Part shown: positions 41,901-53,199 of the stretch, in pieces | How the letters are laid out: each line of letters starts with the position of its first letter | Numbering within the stretch: position 1 is the first letter of the stretch | Assembly (NCBI GenBank): GCA_973895155.1 | Contig: OZ316894.1 | Coordinates: forward strand, 4,240,944 to 4,304,943 | Direction of reading: 5' to 3' | Origin: Marsupella aquatica | Taxonomy: Eukaryota; Plantae; Marchantiophyta | Length of the DNA: 64,000 nt | Notes under the pieces: generated by a model | The model's database searches: none | What the model was told of the DNA's origin: nothing | What the model saw: only the letters and a program-made list of their open reading frames with translations | Program-made: the position numbers and the translations under genes

Positions 41901-44703
41901 GATGGGAAACATTTGCAACTTCAGCAATTGTTTCTATCAAAGTGTCTACGACATCTGGATCGTGGGTTGTAGTTAGCGCATGCTTCAGTTTTCCAAGCAT
42001 TTGGAGCTCATGGTTAGCTTCACTGTCATCAGCATTCCCTCCAAAAATTCCAGCGAGAACGTGTGCTTTGGTGAAGAACTTGATTTGTGAACAAAAGGCC
42101 TCTCTCACATCCCGACGTCGATGAACGGGTAGCATGCCCAGACACTCAAGCCATGAAGTTTTGGTCATGGCAATTTCATCTGGTGTTGAGTGCTGTAGTA
42201 ATTGTGACATACAGCCTATGAAGGATACCTGGACATGCTCCGAAGTCTCTTTGAAGAGAAGGTCATTGAAAAGGTGCTGCCAGAGGACAAGAGGGGAAAA
42301 ATAATCTTGTCTTTCTCTCGGGCCACTTAAAGTGATAACGTTCTGACCAGTAGACTCTCTATCATTGCACAAAGAGCAGACAAAGTTAGGTTTCAGCTCC
42401 CCTCCTTTGTATCCTCCCGCCATTCCAGTGATTTGATCTCGTTCAGGAAATTTTGAAAAAAAGAGAGAATTATGAAGGCAAGCCATGACCCCAACGATAG
42501 CAGCAACAGCATCTCGAACTTGCTCTGCATCATCCCTTCCAAGATTTCCAAGTGTTTCACAAAACCGTCGTACAATTGCAGGAGTTGTCCACTGCACAAA
42601 GCTCGGAATGGCTGCAACTGCTGCAGCTCGGACCCTGTCGTCACCATCTCGGAGAGCTTGTCTCGAAATATTCTCAAGTCTCAAGTCCTCCATATCTCCT
42701 GCTATTCTTGAAGCAATCCAAACCGCACAGCTTTTTGATCTTCTTGTGATAGTTTCTTGGCCAGGTTGTAAAGTAGACCAAGGAAGCAATAATACATCCT
42801 TCATTACATGTAAGTGCTCAGATGTGCCAAGGAAACGCTGCTGCTGGACATTTGGCACAGGGTCACTCCCGGCTTCATTGCTTTGTTCATGCTCAGACAA
42901 CACTCTTTCCACAGTTTCCAAAAACATGGACAGCTGCAACTCTGATAGACTTCCTTCTTGTGCCTTACTATGAATCCAAGGCAACCAATGATGAAGGAGT
43001 TGGGTCAATTGCCTGTGACACACAGTCCCCGAGTATGCACCGAACATTTGTACAAGAACAGATAAACCGGTAAGCTTCCCTTCAATGTCTGAGTTTGCTT
43101 CCAATTCTGTGGAAGGGGCTAGATCTATCATAAGGCGTAAGGCTTCCTTTTGTGCCTTTGCTGCAGGTGACACCGTGTCTCGACTGTCAAACTTGGAGGA
43201 TGAGCCACTGCTTTGAGGAGAGATCTCATTTATGAGCAAGTCTATCATTGAGGGAATTTGCACATTTTCCATGGACGAGTCTTTGCTGGCATGCTCAGCA
43301 TTTAGTGGCTCCTTATTTGTCATGTCTTGCTTCCTGCTGATACTCTGCCTCCGGCGCTTAGCTGGTCTGCTTTCGGTCTCCTGACTGTGTTGAGTTTCGT
43401 GCGTTACAATAGAATCTCCTGACACCGATGGCGAGGATGGTCCCTCTCCACCTTCAATCATTTTACCATGAAGGTGAAGTGGGTCTGTGCCGTCAAAATC
43501 TGTAATTTTTCCCGCCACCTTTGTTGTACCCAGTAATTTCATCGCCATTTGTAGGCTACAGCCAAGCGATGGGCCTATTCCTGGAATTTTTATTAAATCC
43601 AAGATTGATGACAAAATTGATGCATACGATGGACACTGCTTGAGAATCAGAGAGAGAATTTTGAACATGACTACTTTCAGGTCTCGGCTGGGACTTTGCT
43701 TCACAGTTTGTGCCATCACATCACAGAAAGCTTGGGCAACACACTCGATCGTTCCACTTTGACAAGAGGAACACAAGGAAAAGAGACAGGCCCCAAGAGC
43801 TGAATCAAATGTAGCCGTTCTAAAAGGAAGAAGATCACCGCCACTAAATGATAAAATGTTAATTAGTGACATGATTAGCCTCTCACTTGGAAATGTCTCC
43901 ATATCCATGACTGATGTTGCTATACAAATGAAGTCAAAGCACGCCATTTGCAGAACGGAATTTCCATAGCACATCAGTACACCCACTGCTGAAATCAAGG
44001 ACTCTGTTAAGAGGCCTTCTACATGAAGTGCTCCCTCCTGAAGACAGCGCCCCAGCAACTTGACCGTCCACTCAGCTAGGGGCTGCCATGATACCTGCCC
44101 ATTAACGTCTATTACAAGCCCTTGATTCTTGTCAAGCATCCCAGCGGCAGCAGTTCTGCAGTCTTTCAAACTTGATAGCCCAGAGTACGCTCTCAAATAG
44201 GACTGAACAGACAAGTTTGGGCCTGTTGGGACGGCATTGGAACTTGCATAGAACGATGCAATAGATACCAAATCTTGAACAAGAATCATGCCATCCATGA
44301 ACATTTTTTGATAAGTCTTACATTCGCCAGCTCGCAATAGGGCCATGAAGGCTGCCCAAGTCTCAAAAAGTCCTTCATGGCAAGCCCTCAGCTCCCATTC
44401 TGCGAATAGCGGGATTATATAACTCAGGATAGGAAGAACTGACCGTCCTTCTCCGTTGTAGAAGACGCCAGGGTAGTGCTTCACCATCATGCGCAAAAGT
44501 TTCAAAATCGCTAGGAGTTCTCGCTCCTTCACTTTGCCTCGCACAAAGGAGCGTTCCAGTAGAGTTGGCAGCACCGAACGGAAACGAGACTCCACAGCAT
44601 CGTCCTCATCGTGCTGCGTGCTTCCTGTAATATCTCCTTTATTGGCGATGCGGTCGCCCAAATCCTGGAGGAGGACGAATAGGTCTGCCATCCCTTCCCT
44701 CAT
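35913..44703 (-). CDS. ATR: Serine/threonine kinase ATR (PIKK family), 2 exons: 44703-40486 and 40112-35913
   Basis: HEAT/UME region, FAT (AYARALLYFE), kinase (LCKPKDDLRKDARMMEF, GLGDRHGENIL, HVDFSCLF) and FATC end NLSKMYIWWMPWF. One in-frame GT-AG intron at 40485-40113. Confidence 0.96.
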
Positions 44704-45580
44704 CCCAATGCTCCTCTTACTGACTACGTTACATCCTTGCAGTGAGGTCTCTCTCCAATTTTATTTTCAATTCGGTCACCCATATTCTGGTGATGTGCAC
44801 AGAGGTCTGCCATTCCCATGCCTCATCCCAATTCTCCTCTTCCGAATTGCTCTACATCCAGCAACTGTTGCAATAAACCCTTAACCCGAAAGGCCCTTCA
44901 CCTTTACTGGTGATTTCGTCACCCAAATCTTAGTGAAACGTAAACAAATCGGCGGTTCTTTCCCTCGTCCCATGCTCCTCTTCCACAACGTGCTACATCC
45001 ACCGATTCTTCAGCTCAACCCTAAACCCTAAACCCCTCCACCTTTACTGTCAATTCCGTAACGCAACTTGTAGACAAGAACAACTCGATCCTCCATGCTT
45101 TACCTTGTACCAATGCTCCTCTTTCAAACTGTGCTACAGTCAGCCGGTTCTTGCAGCTAAACCTAACCTCCTTCGATTTACCAGCAATTCGATCACCCAA
45201 ATCCTCCAAGAAGTACTAGTAGATCTGCCATCCTTTTCCGCATCTCAACGCTCCTCTTCCACAGTGTGGTTACCTCCACCACATTGCACTCCCACTTGGC
45301 AATTCGGTCACAGCGATACTAGAATATTTGGCATCATTCTCTCGTCGCAATACCCTCAACATTGCCCAGTTCTTGCCGGAAAACCTCAACCCTTCACCAA
45401 ATTCGGAAGAACCAGAAATTGCTCTCCCATTCTTTCCCTCATCCCCGTGCTATATCTCCAAGCTCCTGCCATAAATCGTCAACCCTCAAGCCATCCTTAC
45501 TGGAATATCGGTCATCCAGATCATGGAGAAGTACGAATAGATCTGCCCTCCCTGCCATCATCCTAAAATGTGCTACAACA
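44645..45580. repeat. Degenerate tandem copies (about 7-8, ~120-140 bp) of the ATR start-codon region
   Basis: CGGTCGCCCAAATCCTGG..GGTCTGCCATCCCTTCCCTCATCCCAATGCTCCTCTT..TACATCC recurs with decay at about 44772, 44917, 45055, 45190, 45304, 45398 and 45509; one copy still translates as EDLGDRIA. Confidence 0.75.
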
Positions 45581-46789
45581 ACTACAAATCCTTGCAATCC
45601 ACGCTCTCATCACAACCACATGCATTCATTTCCAATCCAACCTGAGCTGCAAATAGCTACTAATGCTGCTGGACAGACTGGACTACACCCACTTCAAAGA
45701 TCGGAGCGACTACCTCCGCTGTCGTGTGTCATGAACTTGAACCTACTCTTGAAGTTCCGATCTCGAGAGCCATTCTAATCAAACAATTTCTCTGCCCTCC
45801 CGTACATTGAAACAAATTGGTTTCGTCTGGGGAGAATTCGGAGTTTGTGGGTGTCCCTTCATCGTAACTTTGATGCTTCTATATACAGATTTGTACAGAG
45901 AGGATGAACTGAGAACCCACCTTCCCACGTCCTACCACTGTCAGCGTGGTATTCACCATATCTTGTGAGCTCCAAAGTATTTGCAACCCACGGTCAGGTG
46001 TTGTGGTCCAGTGTCCAGTCCTCTGAACGATGACGGTCCCAGTTCAACTGTAGTGGTACCCCTGAATTGTCATTTGTAAGTTGGTAGACCTTACCACAAG
46101 AAACAATGGAGACAGAATCTTGAAAGCAATATGCAAAAACAGAATGGACTTGAGAGTGTGTGAGGTTTTCTCTTCCATTGTAAGGTTTTCTCTTTCATTG
46201 TAAAATGGCATACCTGACCAGGAGAAACAATGGAGACAGAGCCTCAAAGTACTATGCAAAATCACAATCTTCAAAGTCGATTTTAATATTAGTAAAGATC
46301 ACTACAGTAGGTCTTCAAAGTTAGCTTTTGATATTCTTTTTTTTCTTTTTTAAATTTAAATAGTCAATCACAACAGTTCAACCCAAGACCTATTAGTCTC
46401 CACTCAAGTGAGCTCCACACAGCCATGCCTCTTTGGGCAAAGTCAACTTTAATCTTAACACTATAATATCCCATCTCACTTTTTCTGTACATGGTCTGTT
46501 TATGAAGTGTCAGCCTCCCTAGCTCTTGGATTATGATGACATTTTTTGATAACCATGAGATGGACCCAAAGATGCACCTTTTCCATGCTGAACACTCTCC
46601 CCGCAACTCACACATTCCTTAAAATTCAGTTGTCAGGTGGACTCGCCCACTCCCTGCCATGTCCGACTGCTTGGCTATCACTTATGCTTGACAACACTTG
46701 CATCCAACATCATGTACTATTGACACTATTGTGCAATTCACACACATTGCTAATATGCATATATTAAGGCAGTTTAAGTGTTCATATAA

Positions 46790-47170
46790 CCCTTAAGTTA
46801 GTTTTAATACTCATAAAGTCAAGTCAACTACTGTAGTTCTTCAAAGACAAGTTTACATTCACAGTCACTAGCTTTTGATGCAGTCTCTGGGTTTATTCAA
46901 AGACTACAGTCACTAGCTTTTCAACCTCAGTTTTGATATTCGTAAAGTAAACTAGTTTCAAAATCAGCTCACTTGGTTCTCAACATCATTTTTTATATTC
47001 ATAAAGTCAACCAGGTTTTCAAAGTAGATTTACATTCACGGTCAACTAGGTTCTCAACGTCAGTTTTGATATTCATAAAGTAAGCTAGGCTTTCAAGACC
47101 AATAGACCAGGTTCTCAACATTAATTTTCATATTCAGAAGTCAACTAGGTTCTCAAAGTCAAGTTTCATC
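46790..47170. repeat. AT-rich degenerate tandem repeat
   Basis: TTTTGATATTCATAAAGTCAACTAGGTTCTCAA-like units recur about 6 times. Confidence 0.7.
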
Positions 47171-48335
47171 TACATATAGTTGACTATGGAGGTTTCCTAA
47201 GTCGCTTGTCAGGCTTAGGGAGCTTGAATTTAACCTTGGTGTAGTCACAGGGAGTGTGCTTTGGGACCCACAATCATCTTAACTAATTCAGGGAACCCAC
47301 TTTGTGCAGCAGAATTTGGCATGCAAGGTCATTTGGGTCAGGCATGGCCCTTTACAATTGCAAGTCAGGCTAGGTCCACCATAGGTCATAGTTTGACTCG
47401 TTGAAGGTCATGAAATTTGTCAGATGACCGGGGTCCTTCCCTACTGAAATTCAAGAAAAGGAGGCCCAGATGGACAGCTTCAAACATTGAGGTTTGCCTG
47501 GATAGCAATTTTCACACGAAAGATTAAAGAGTGCGCAATTGGCAATGCATGAAAGATGTCGTGCGCATAAACATCGCTACACAACATACATCGCTTGTCA
47601 CACATATCTAAGCATAGTCACAATCAACATTACAAACATAAGAGAATGGAGTACAAGTGGAACTCCTATCCACACATGTCCAAAACTCACAATAATCTTC
47701 AAGAATAATCGAACAACGATTGATGCCAATCAAACACACAATCTTGTCTGACGCGATCACACACTTATGTCAAGCCAAACGCACCTTGCGCCTCAAGGAA
47801 TCCACGTTACGTACACACAACCTAGACAGCCACACCATAGCCGCTAGAGTTTGTGCTCGAAAGGCTCAACATCAAAAGATGAGACCTTTGAGCCAACACA
47901 AAGAGATATATAACTATCCCTCACAAACATACACTAACCCTAAACCACTTAGATAACACACATATGAAAGCCTCAAACCTACATAGTCCGATATCCTATA
48001 CTACCACTCATAATGGTGTGACAGTTGTCGTGCGCATAAACATCGCTACACAACATACATCGCTTGTCACACATATCTAAGCATAGTCACAATCAACATT
48101 ACAAACATAAGAGAATGGAGTACAAGTGGAACTCCTATCCACACATGTCCAAAACTCACAATCGCCCCCCTAGCTGGGAGTGAGGTCCCCTAACTCTAGC
48201 TAGCCATAAGTTCTACAAGGTTGATATACACCTTTTTAAGTGTGGAGATCAGGAGGCCGGGTGCAAGTGAGCCCCATCGATCACCTTCCTGCAATCTATA
48301 CCTTCCATGAGAACACCAATGGTAACTAGTCGGCT

Positions 48336-50708
48336 TCACCGACATTGAGGACACAACCATGATCCACTAGGAATCACCTCTAATGGTGGTGTTAAACACG
48401 ACATGTGCCATCCTCTAGAACACTTATCACAAATCAACATAGTGGCTGCTCCTTGAGCAGATCCACACAACATACACTTCAAGCCGGCACGAACATGAGC
48501 CAAACTTGGATCTACAGTACCGTCAATGTTTGAAAGATGACATGGTGCACAATTGCGCACATGATCCTTCCAAACCATACCATCACGTCCTTCCAACATT
48601 AGGACACCAGAAGATAACACTTCACGCATACGTAAGATTTTCCGACCTGCGGTCACATCAAGTGTCGTGGGTGCTGTTTGCTGCAAATAAACAAAATCAC
48701 CAGGATGAAACCGTCGAATCCTCGCACGATAACCTCCTCCACGAATAGTGGCATACCTCAAAGTATCACGATGTTGGGCAATGGCAAGGTTGTCAAAGGC
48801 CATGGGCATGACTCTCTTGAAAACTCGTGCCCTTTCTGAACACACCTTGACCCAAACATCGGGATCGTCCAAATCCACAACAATTGCCACATCACGACGA
48901 ATAGCCGCTGGCAAATCTGGCTCTCTACCATAGAGCAAGAAATAAGGTGAGAAGGATGCAAGTGATGCTTGTCGACTAAAACGGTAGCCCATAGCTAACC
49001 AAGGTAGCTGGAGATCCCAATCTCCCAAATGACCAACCTGCAAGCCATACTTACGCAATCCTCTCTTCACGGTTTGTACAACTCTCTCTGCCAATCCATC
49101 TGCTTCAGGATGATCACGAGAAGTAGTACGAGGATCAATAAGAGCTTTCTCACACAAACCCTCAAACTCTCCACGAAATTTCGTACCCTGATCAATCAAC
49201 ACCTCAGCTGGTGCTCCAAAATGACTGAGTACTCGATCCAAAAATGTGATAGCCACTCCTCCACTAGCTTTATCTGGCAATGCCACTAGTTCAATCCACT
49301 TGGAGAAGTGCTCCACCATAACCAAAATATATCGATTATGACGTTGGGTAAGAGGTAATGGACCAGCAAAGTCCAAACTCCATCGATATCCCAAACCCAT
49401 TATCGATAGTGGATGCAATTGGGGAGTGGGAGCATTGAACGATGCTCGCACTCGATCACATACCACACACTTAGCAATCAATTGTTGGACCTCAGTGCGC
49501 ATACCACGCCACCAATACTGTGTCTGCAACAAGCTATATGTGCGTTTCACACCAAAGTGACCCAACTCCTCGTGCGCATGTCGCACCAAACGTACTCGTT
49601 GTGACGGTTTTGGTACAACCAACACCTTGCCATCACGTAGTATCCTCAAAAGATGGTTTCCTTCCCATCGAAACCTCTTGGCTCGTTGTAGAACCCTATC
49701 TCGCTCCTTAGCATCACAATTGCCAACAATGGAGCCACCACGCAAATATTCCAACACTCTTTTGTCGTTATGAATATCTTGCTGCCCAAAAACTACCTCA
49801 TCAACATCCATATCTGAAGACTCAACGTCTACCCCATCCAATGAAGTAGAGTCCATAGATCCACTATATGTTGGAACCCAACAAAGAAAGGCAGATGCAT
49901 GCCATCCTGGCACACTCTCCTTATCCGACCCATCATGCCATCGAGCTCCAGTCTCATCCTCTTGACTGGTACATGGATTACGGCTCAACCCATCCGCATC
50001 CAAGTTCACTTTACCAGGCCTATGTACAACCTGGAAATCATACTCTTGTAACAACAATGCCCATCGTGCAAGCTTTCCTGTAAGCTTGTTAGACTCCATT
50101 AACCACTTGAGGGGCTGGTGATCAGTGATCAAGGTGAACAGATTACCAAACAAATAGCAACGGAAATGTGCCACAGCCCACACAGCTGCCAAACACTCTC
50201 CCTCATACGAGCTATATTTAGCCTCTGCTGAATTGTTTGATCTACTGGCATATGCCACAACAAACTCATTCCCCTCATCATCCTTCTGAGTCAGCACTGT
50301 TCCAAGTCCTACTCCACTCCAATCAGTGTGTAGTTGAAATGGTCGTCCCGAAACGGGTCTTCTCAAAATAGGTGTTGACGCCAATCTTTCCTTCAATTCT
50401 TGGAAAGCATGCTCTTGGTCGTCACCCCAAATCCACTCCTGGTCCAACTTAGTGAGTATAGTTAAAGGTTTAGCAAGTTGGCTAAATCCTTTCACATACC
50501 GTCTATAATAGCTCGCCAATCCCAAGAATGCACGAACTCTACTCACATCAGTAGGACGAGGAATTTGTGTAATGGCCTCCACCTTAGTCTCTTGCACACC
50601 CAATCCTCCTGGGTAGATAGTGTGGCCCAAATACTCAATTTTGTCTTGGAAGAACTTACATTTGCCAGGATGGAGTTTCAATCCATGTTCTCTCAATCTC
50701 TCCAACAC
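48336..50708 (-). pseudogene. Pol C-terminal part: RT thumb, RNase H, DDE integrase, C-terminal PHD finger
   Basis: FLGLASYYRRY, LHTDWS, YEGECLA, TDHQPL, HEELGH..CVVC, WSLDFAGP, DQG, GLAER; PHD CMLC..CDKC..WHMSC..WLCPQC. Separated from the RT core by an in-frame TAG. Confidence 0.92.
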
Positions 50709-50711
50709 AAT

Positions 50712-51416
50712 CTACAAGTGTCTTTGATGTTCTTCCACAGTCGAAGAATAGACCAAAATATCATCAATGTAACATCTCACAAAATCCAAACCTGCAAGAA
50801 TTCGATCCATAACTCTTTGGAATTCAGCTGGTGCATTCTTCAACCCAAATGGTAAGAACAACCACTGATACAAACGATCTTTGCCATAAGAATCAATTCC
50901 CCAAAATGTTGTCTTGGATCTATCCGAATGCCTAATTGGCAATTGATGGTACCCCGCCTTGAGGTCCAACGAACTAAATATCTTTGCATGCCCCACAACA
51001 TCAAAGATCTCCTCCGGTGTTGGCATGGCATATCGATCAGATTTTGTCTGACGATTAATAGGTCGATAATCACCACACATTCGCCTATCTGTGTAATTGC
51101 CATGCACATCCTTCTTGGCTGGCATCACTGTGGCAGATGCATACTCCCCGTATGAGATCTCCACCAAACCAGCCTCCAACAAATCCTGAGTTCTACTCTG
51201 GATCAAAGCCCTCTCCATGTCACTATACCGATACGGTCGTCGAAAGATTGGCGCATCACTAGCCAATTCGATCTGAATACCAGGACCCTTCAATGTCCCC
51301 AAATCCTTCATACTAAATGCAAAACAATTCCAATAACTCTTCAAGAATTGATGCATGCAACGTCTCTCCCTCCCGGTCAACTTAGGACCAATCTGTGGTT
51401 CCCAACTCTCCATCAA
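50712..51416 (-). pseudogene. Reverse transcriptase core (Ty3/gypsy type)
   Basis: RMCGDYRPIN, LDLKAGYHQ, LPFGLKNAPAEFQR, YIDDILVYS. Confidence 0.95.
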
Positions 51417-51419
51417 AGC

Positions 51420-51590
51420 TGTGACATCTTCCTTTGGAGTTGAAGAGTCACAAGCCGCGGGCTGTGACTCTCCTTCAAAGTTGTGACGTCTTCCGTTGGA
51501 GTTGAAGAGGCCACAAGCCGTGGGCTGTGACTCTCCATCAAAACTGTGACGTCTTCCTTTGGAGATGAAGAGGCCACAAGCCGTGGGCTA
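51420..51590 (-). repeat. Three 57-bp (19-codon) repeats in the DNMT-RT linker
   Basis: CACAGCCCACGGCTTGTGGCCTCTTCA..GAAGACGTCACA occurs 3 times; the third copy has a 1-bp deletion that shifts the frame. Confidence 0.85.
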
Positions 51591-51779
51591 TGGATGGAAG
51601 AGTCAGTCGCTCGTTGTTATTTATCAATAGTTTGAGCAACCTCCTTCTGCTCAACAATATGTTCTACCTTGGCCAATCTTGCCATAGGTCCATCAATCAT
51701 CTGCTCGCCCCCAGCTGTGGCCGCTACTGTCTCGATAGGCCGCAAGCTCACCAATGGACGATCTGTAACATTAGAAGTG

Positions 51780-52770
51780 CGCATTCGCAATTGTTCAGCT
51801 AATTCCAAGCTGATAATCCAAGTCAAGCAATTCAAATCCATGGCTTGACCAAGGACTTGACAACGTGAATGCTCCGACACCGAGGCCACTGTAGTGGTGC
51901 TAGTCAAAAATCCCATAGTCCGCTCTCTCTCATTAGCGGTAGGCTCTACTAGTCGTTGTAGAGCTGTATCCCACACAAGTCCAGGGCCACCTGCTCGAAA
52001 TGCGTATGAAGCAGAATGGCTCACAAAAGTGGGTAATGCACAACGCGGACGCCCAACAATATTCACCACTGCCAATGGGGTTCGATCAGATTGGGTAACA
52101 CTTTATGCATGACGCCCTGGATCCAAAATACTATCCACCACTAAGGTTGCTGAGCGAGGTACACCATCAAATGCTCGCTTTAAGACCTCACATGGTAACA
52201 AGTTAGTCCACCATAATCGTGGACAATGGGCACGAGAACCCACACATGCAGCATCCAATAACACAGCAGGTCCAATCCAAGATCGAACCTGATGAACACT
52301 AGCAACAATTCGATGACGATCATCACCCAATAATGGGACATTCTCCAAAATGTATGCAGGAGAATGTGTCTGATGCATCTGGAGATGGCGCAACACACGT
52401 AATATCTCCCAAAATAATGCAGATCTTGGATCATGAAATCCATGTCCAATTCCAGCCCGAGATTGACCCTGACATGGCCAACCCGCAATCACCAAATCAA
52501 TGGGGCCAACACGATCCAAATAATCCACCCCCAATAATGAAATATCAGTAGGCAATGCATGCTGATAACCACAAACGGCATCCACTGGCAACAAATGTGG
52601 ATAACGTTCCACCAACATCGCTACATGACGTAGTGAGATCCTCCGTGTTATCTCATCATTTTCCACGTACAAGTAACGACGCACAGGAATTCCTGCTTGA
52701 AGAATAGCAGCCAATCCAGTGCTAATCCCACCAAATAAATGCAACAAACAAATACCCTCCTCTGGATACT
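51780..52770 (-). pseudogene. C5 cytosine DNA methyltransferase domain (DNMT3/DRM-like motifs) inside the retroelement polyprotein
   Basis: Motif I LHLFGGI, II YVENDE, IV DLVIAGWPCQ, SALFWE, VI ILENV, VIII RLWWTNL, IX EPTANERERTMGF, X VLGQAMD. One in-frame TAA at 52103-52105. Confidence 0.9.
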
Positions 52771-53199
52771 GCCACACAATAGGAGTGGTATCCAATGGTG
52801 AAAGGGTCACCGGTCCATCTGCAAAAGATTGTTGTGCTCTTGACTCCGGTGTAAAAGCATGACGCCAGGCATCATGTATCAATTGGGTCGCATTTTGTTG
52901 CAAGGCCTCTCCAGTACCCCATACTGGTGCCACAATGGTATCAACAGGTAATACACCCATCATGTGTTCCTCACGTGGCTCCTCCATTGCCGGAACATCT
53001 GTTGCATGTGCATTACCTTCAATCAACTCATCAGATCCAGTAATCAAACTACTGAATGCTGCCAAAGACAATGGTGCAGATTTAGGACCTCCCACAGGTC
53101 CACTAAATCGCACTGGCAATTGGCTCAATCGAGCATCTCTAGATTGCCAATCGGGTCGATACGACACCGACTCATCCCAAAAATCAAGAACAAATCCCA

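Noticed and set aside
47557-48023. Conventional 467-bp LTR pair
   Set aside because: The far end carries only the 331-bp X part, and the 137-bp Y part is duplicated internally. A rearranged LTR pair remains the fallback explanation.
51780-52770. Host DRM/DNMT3 gene or bacterial restriction-modification contaminant
   Set aside because: It is intronless, collinear with the protease and RT in one repairable frame, and enclosed by the element's termini and TSD.
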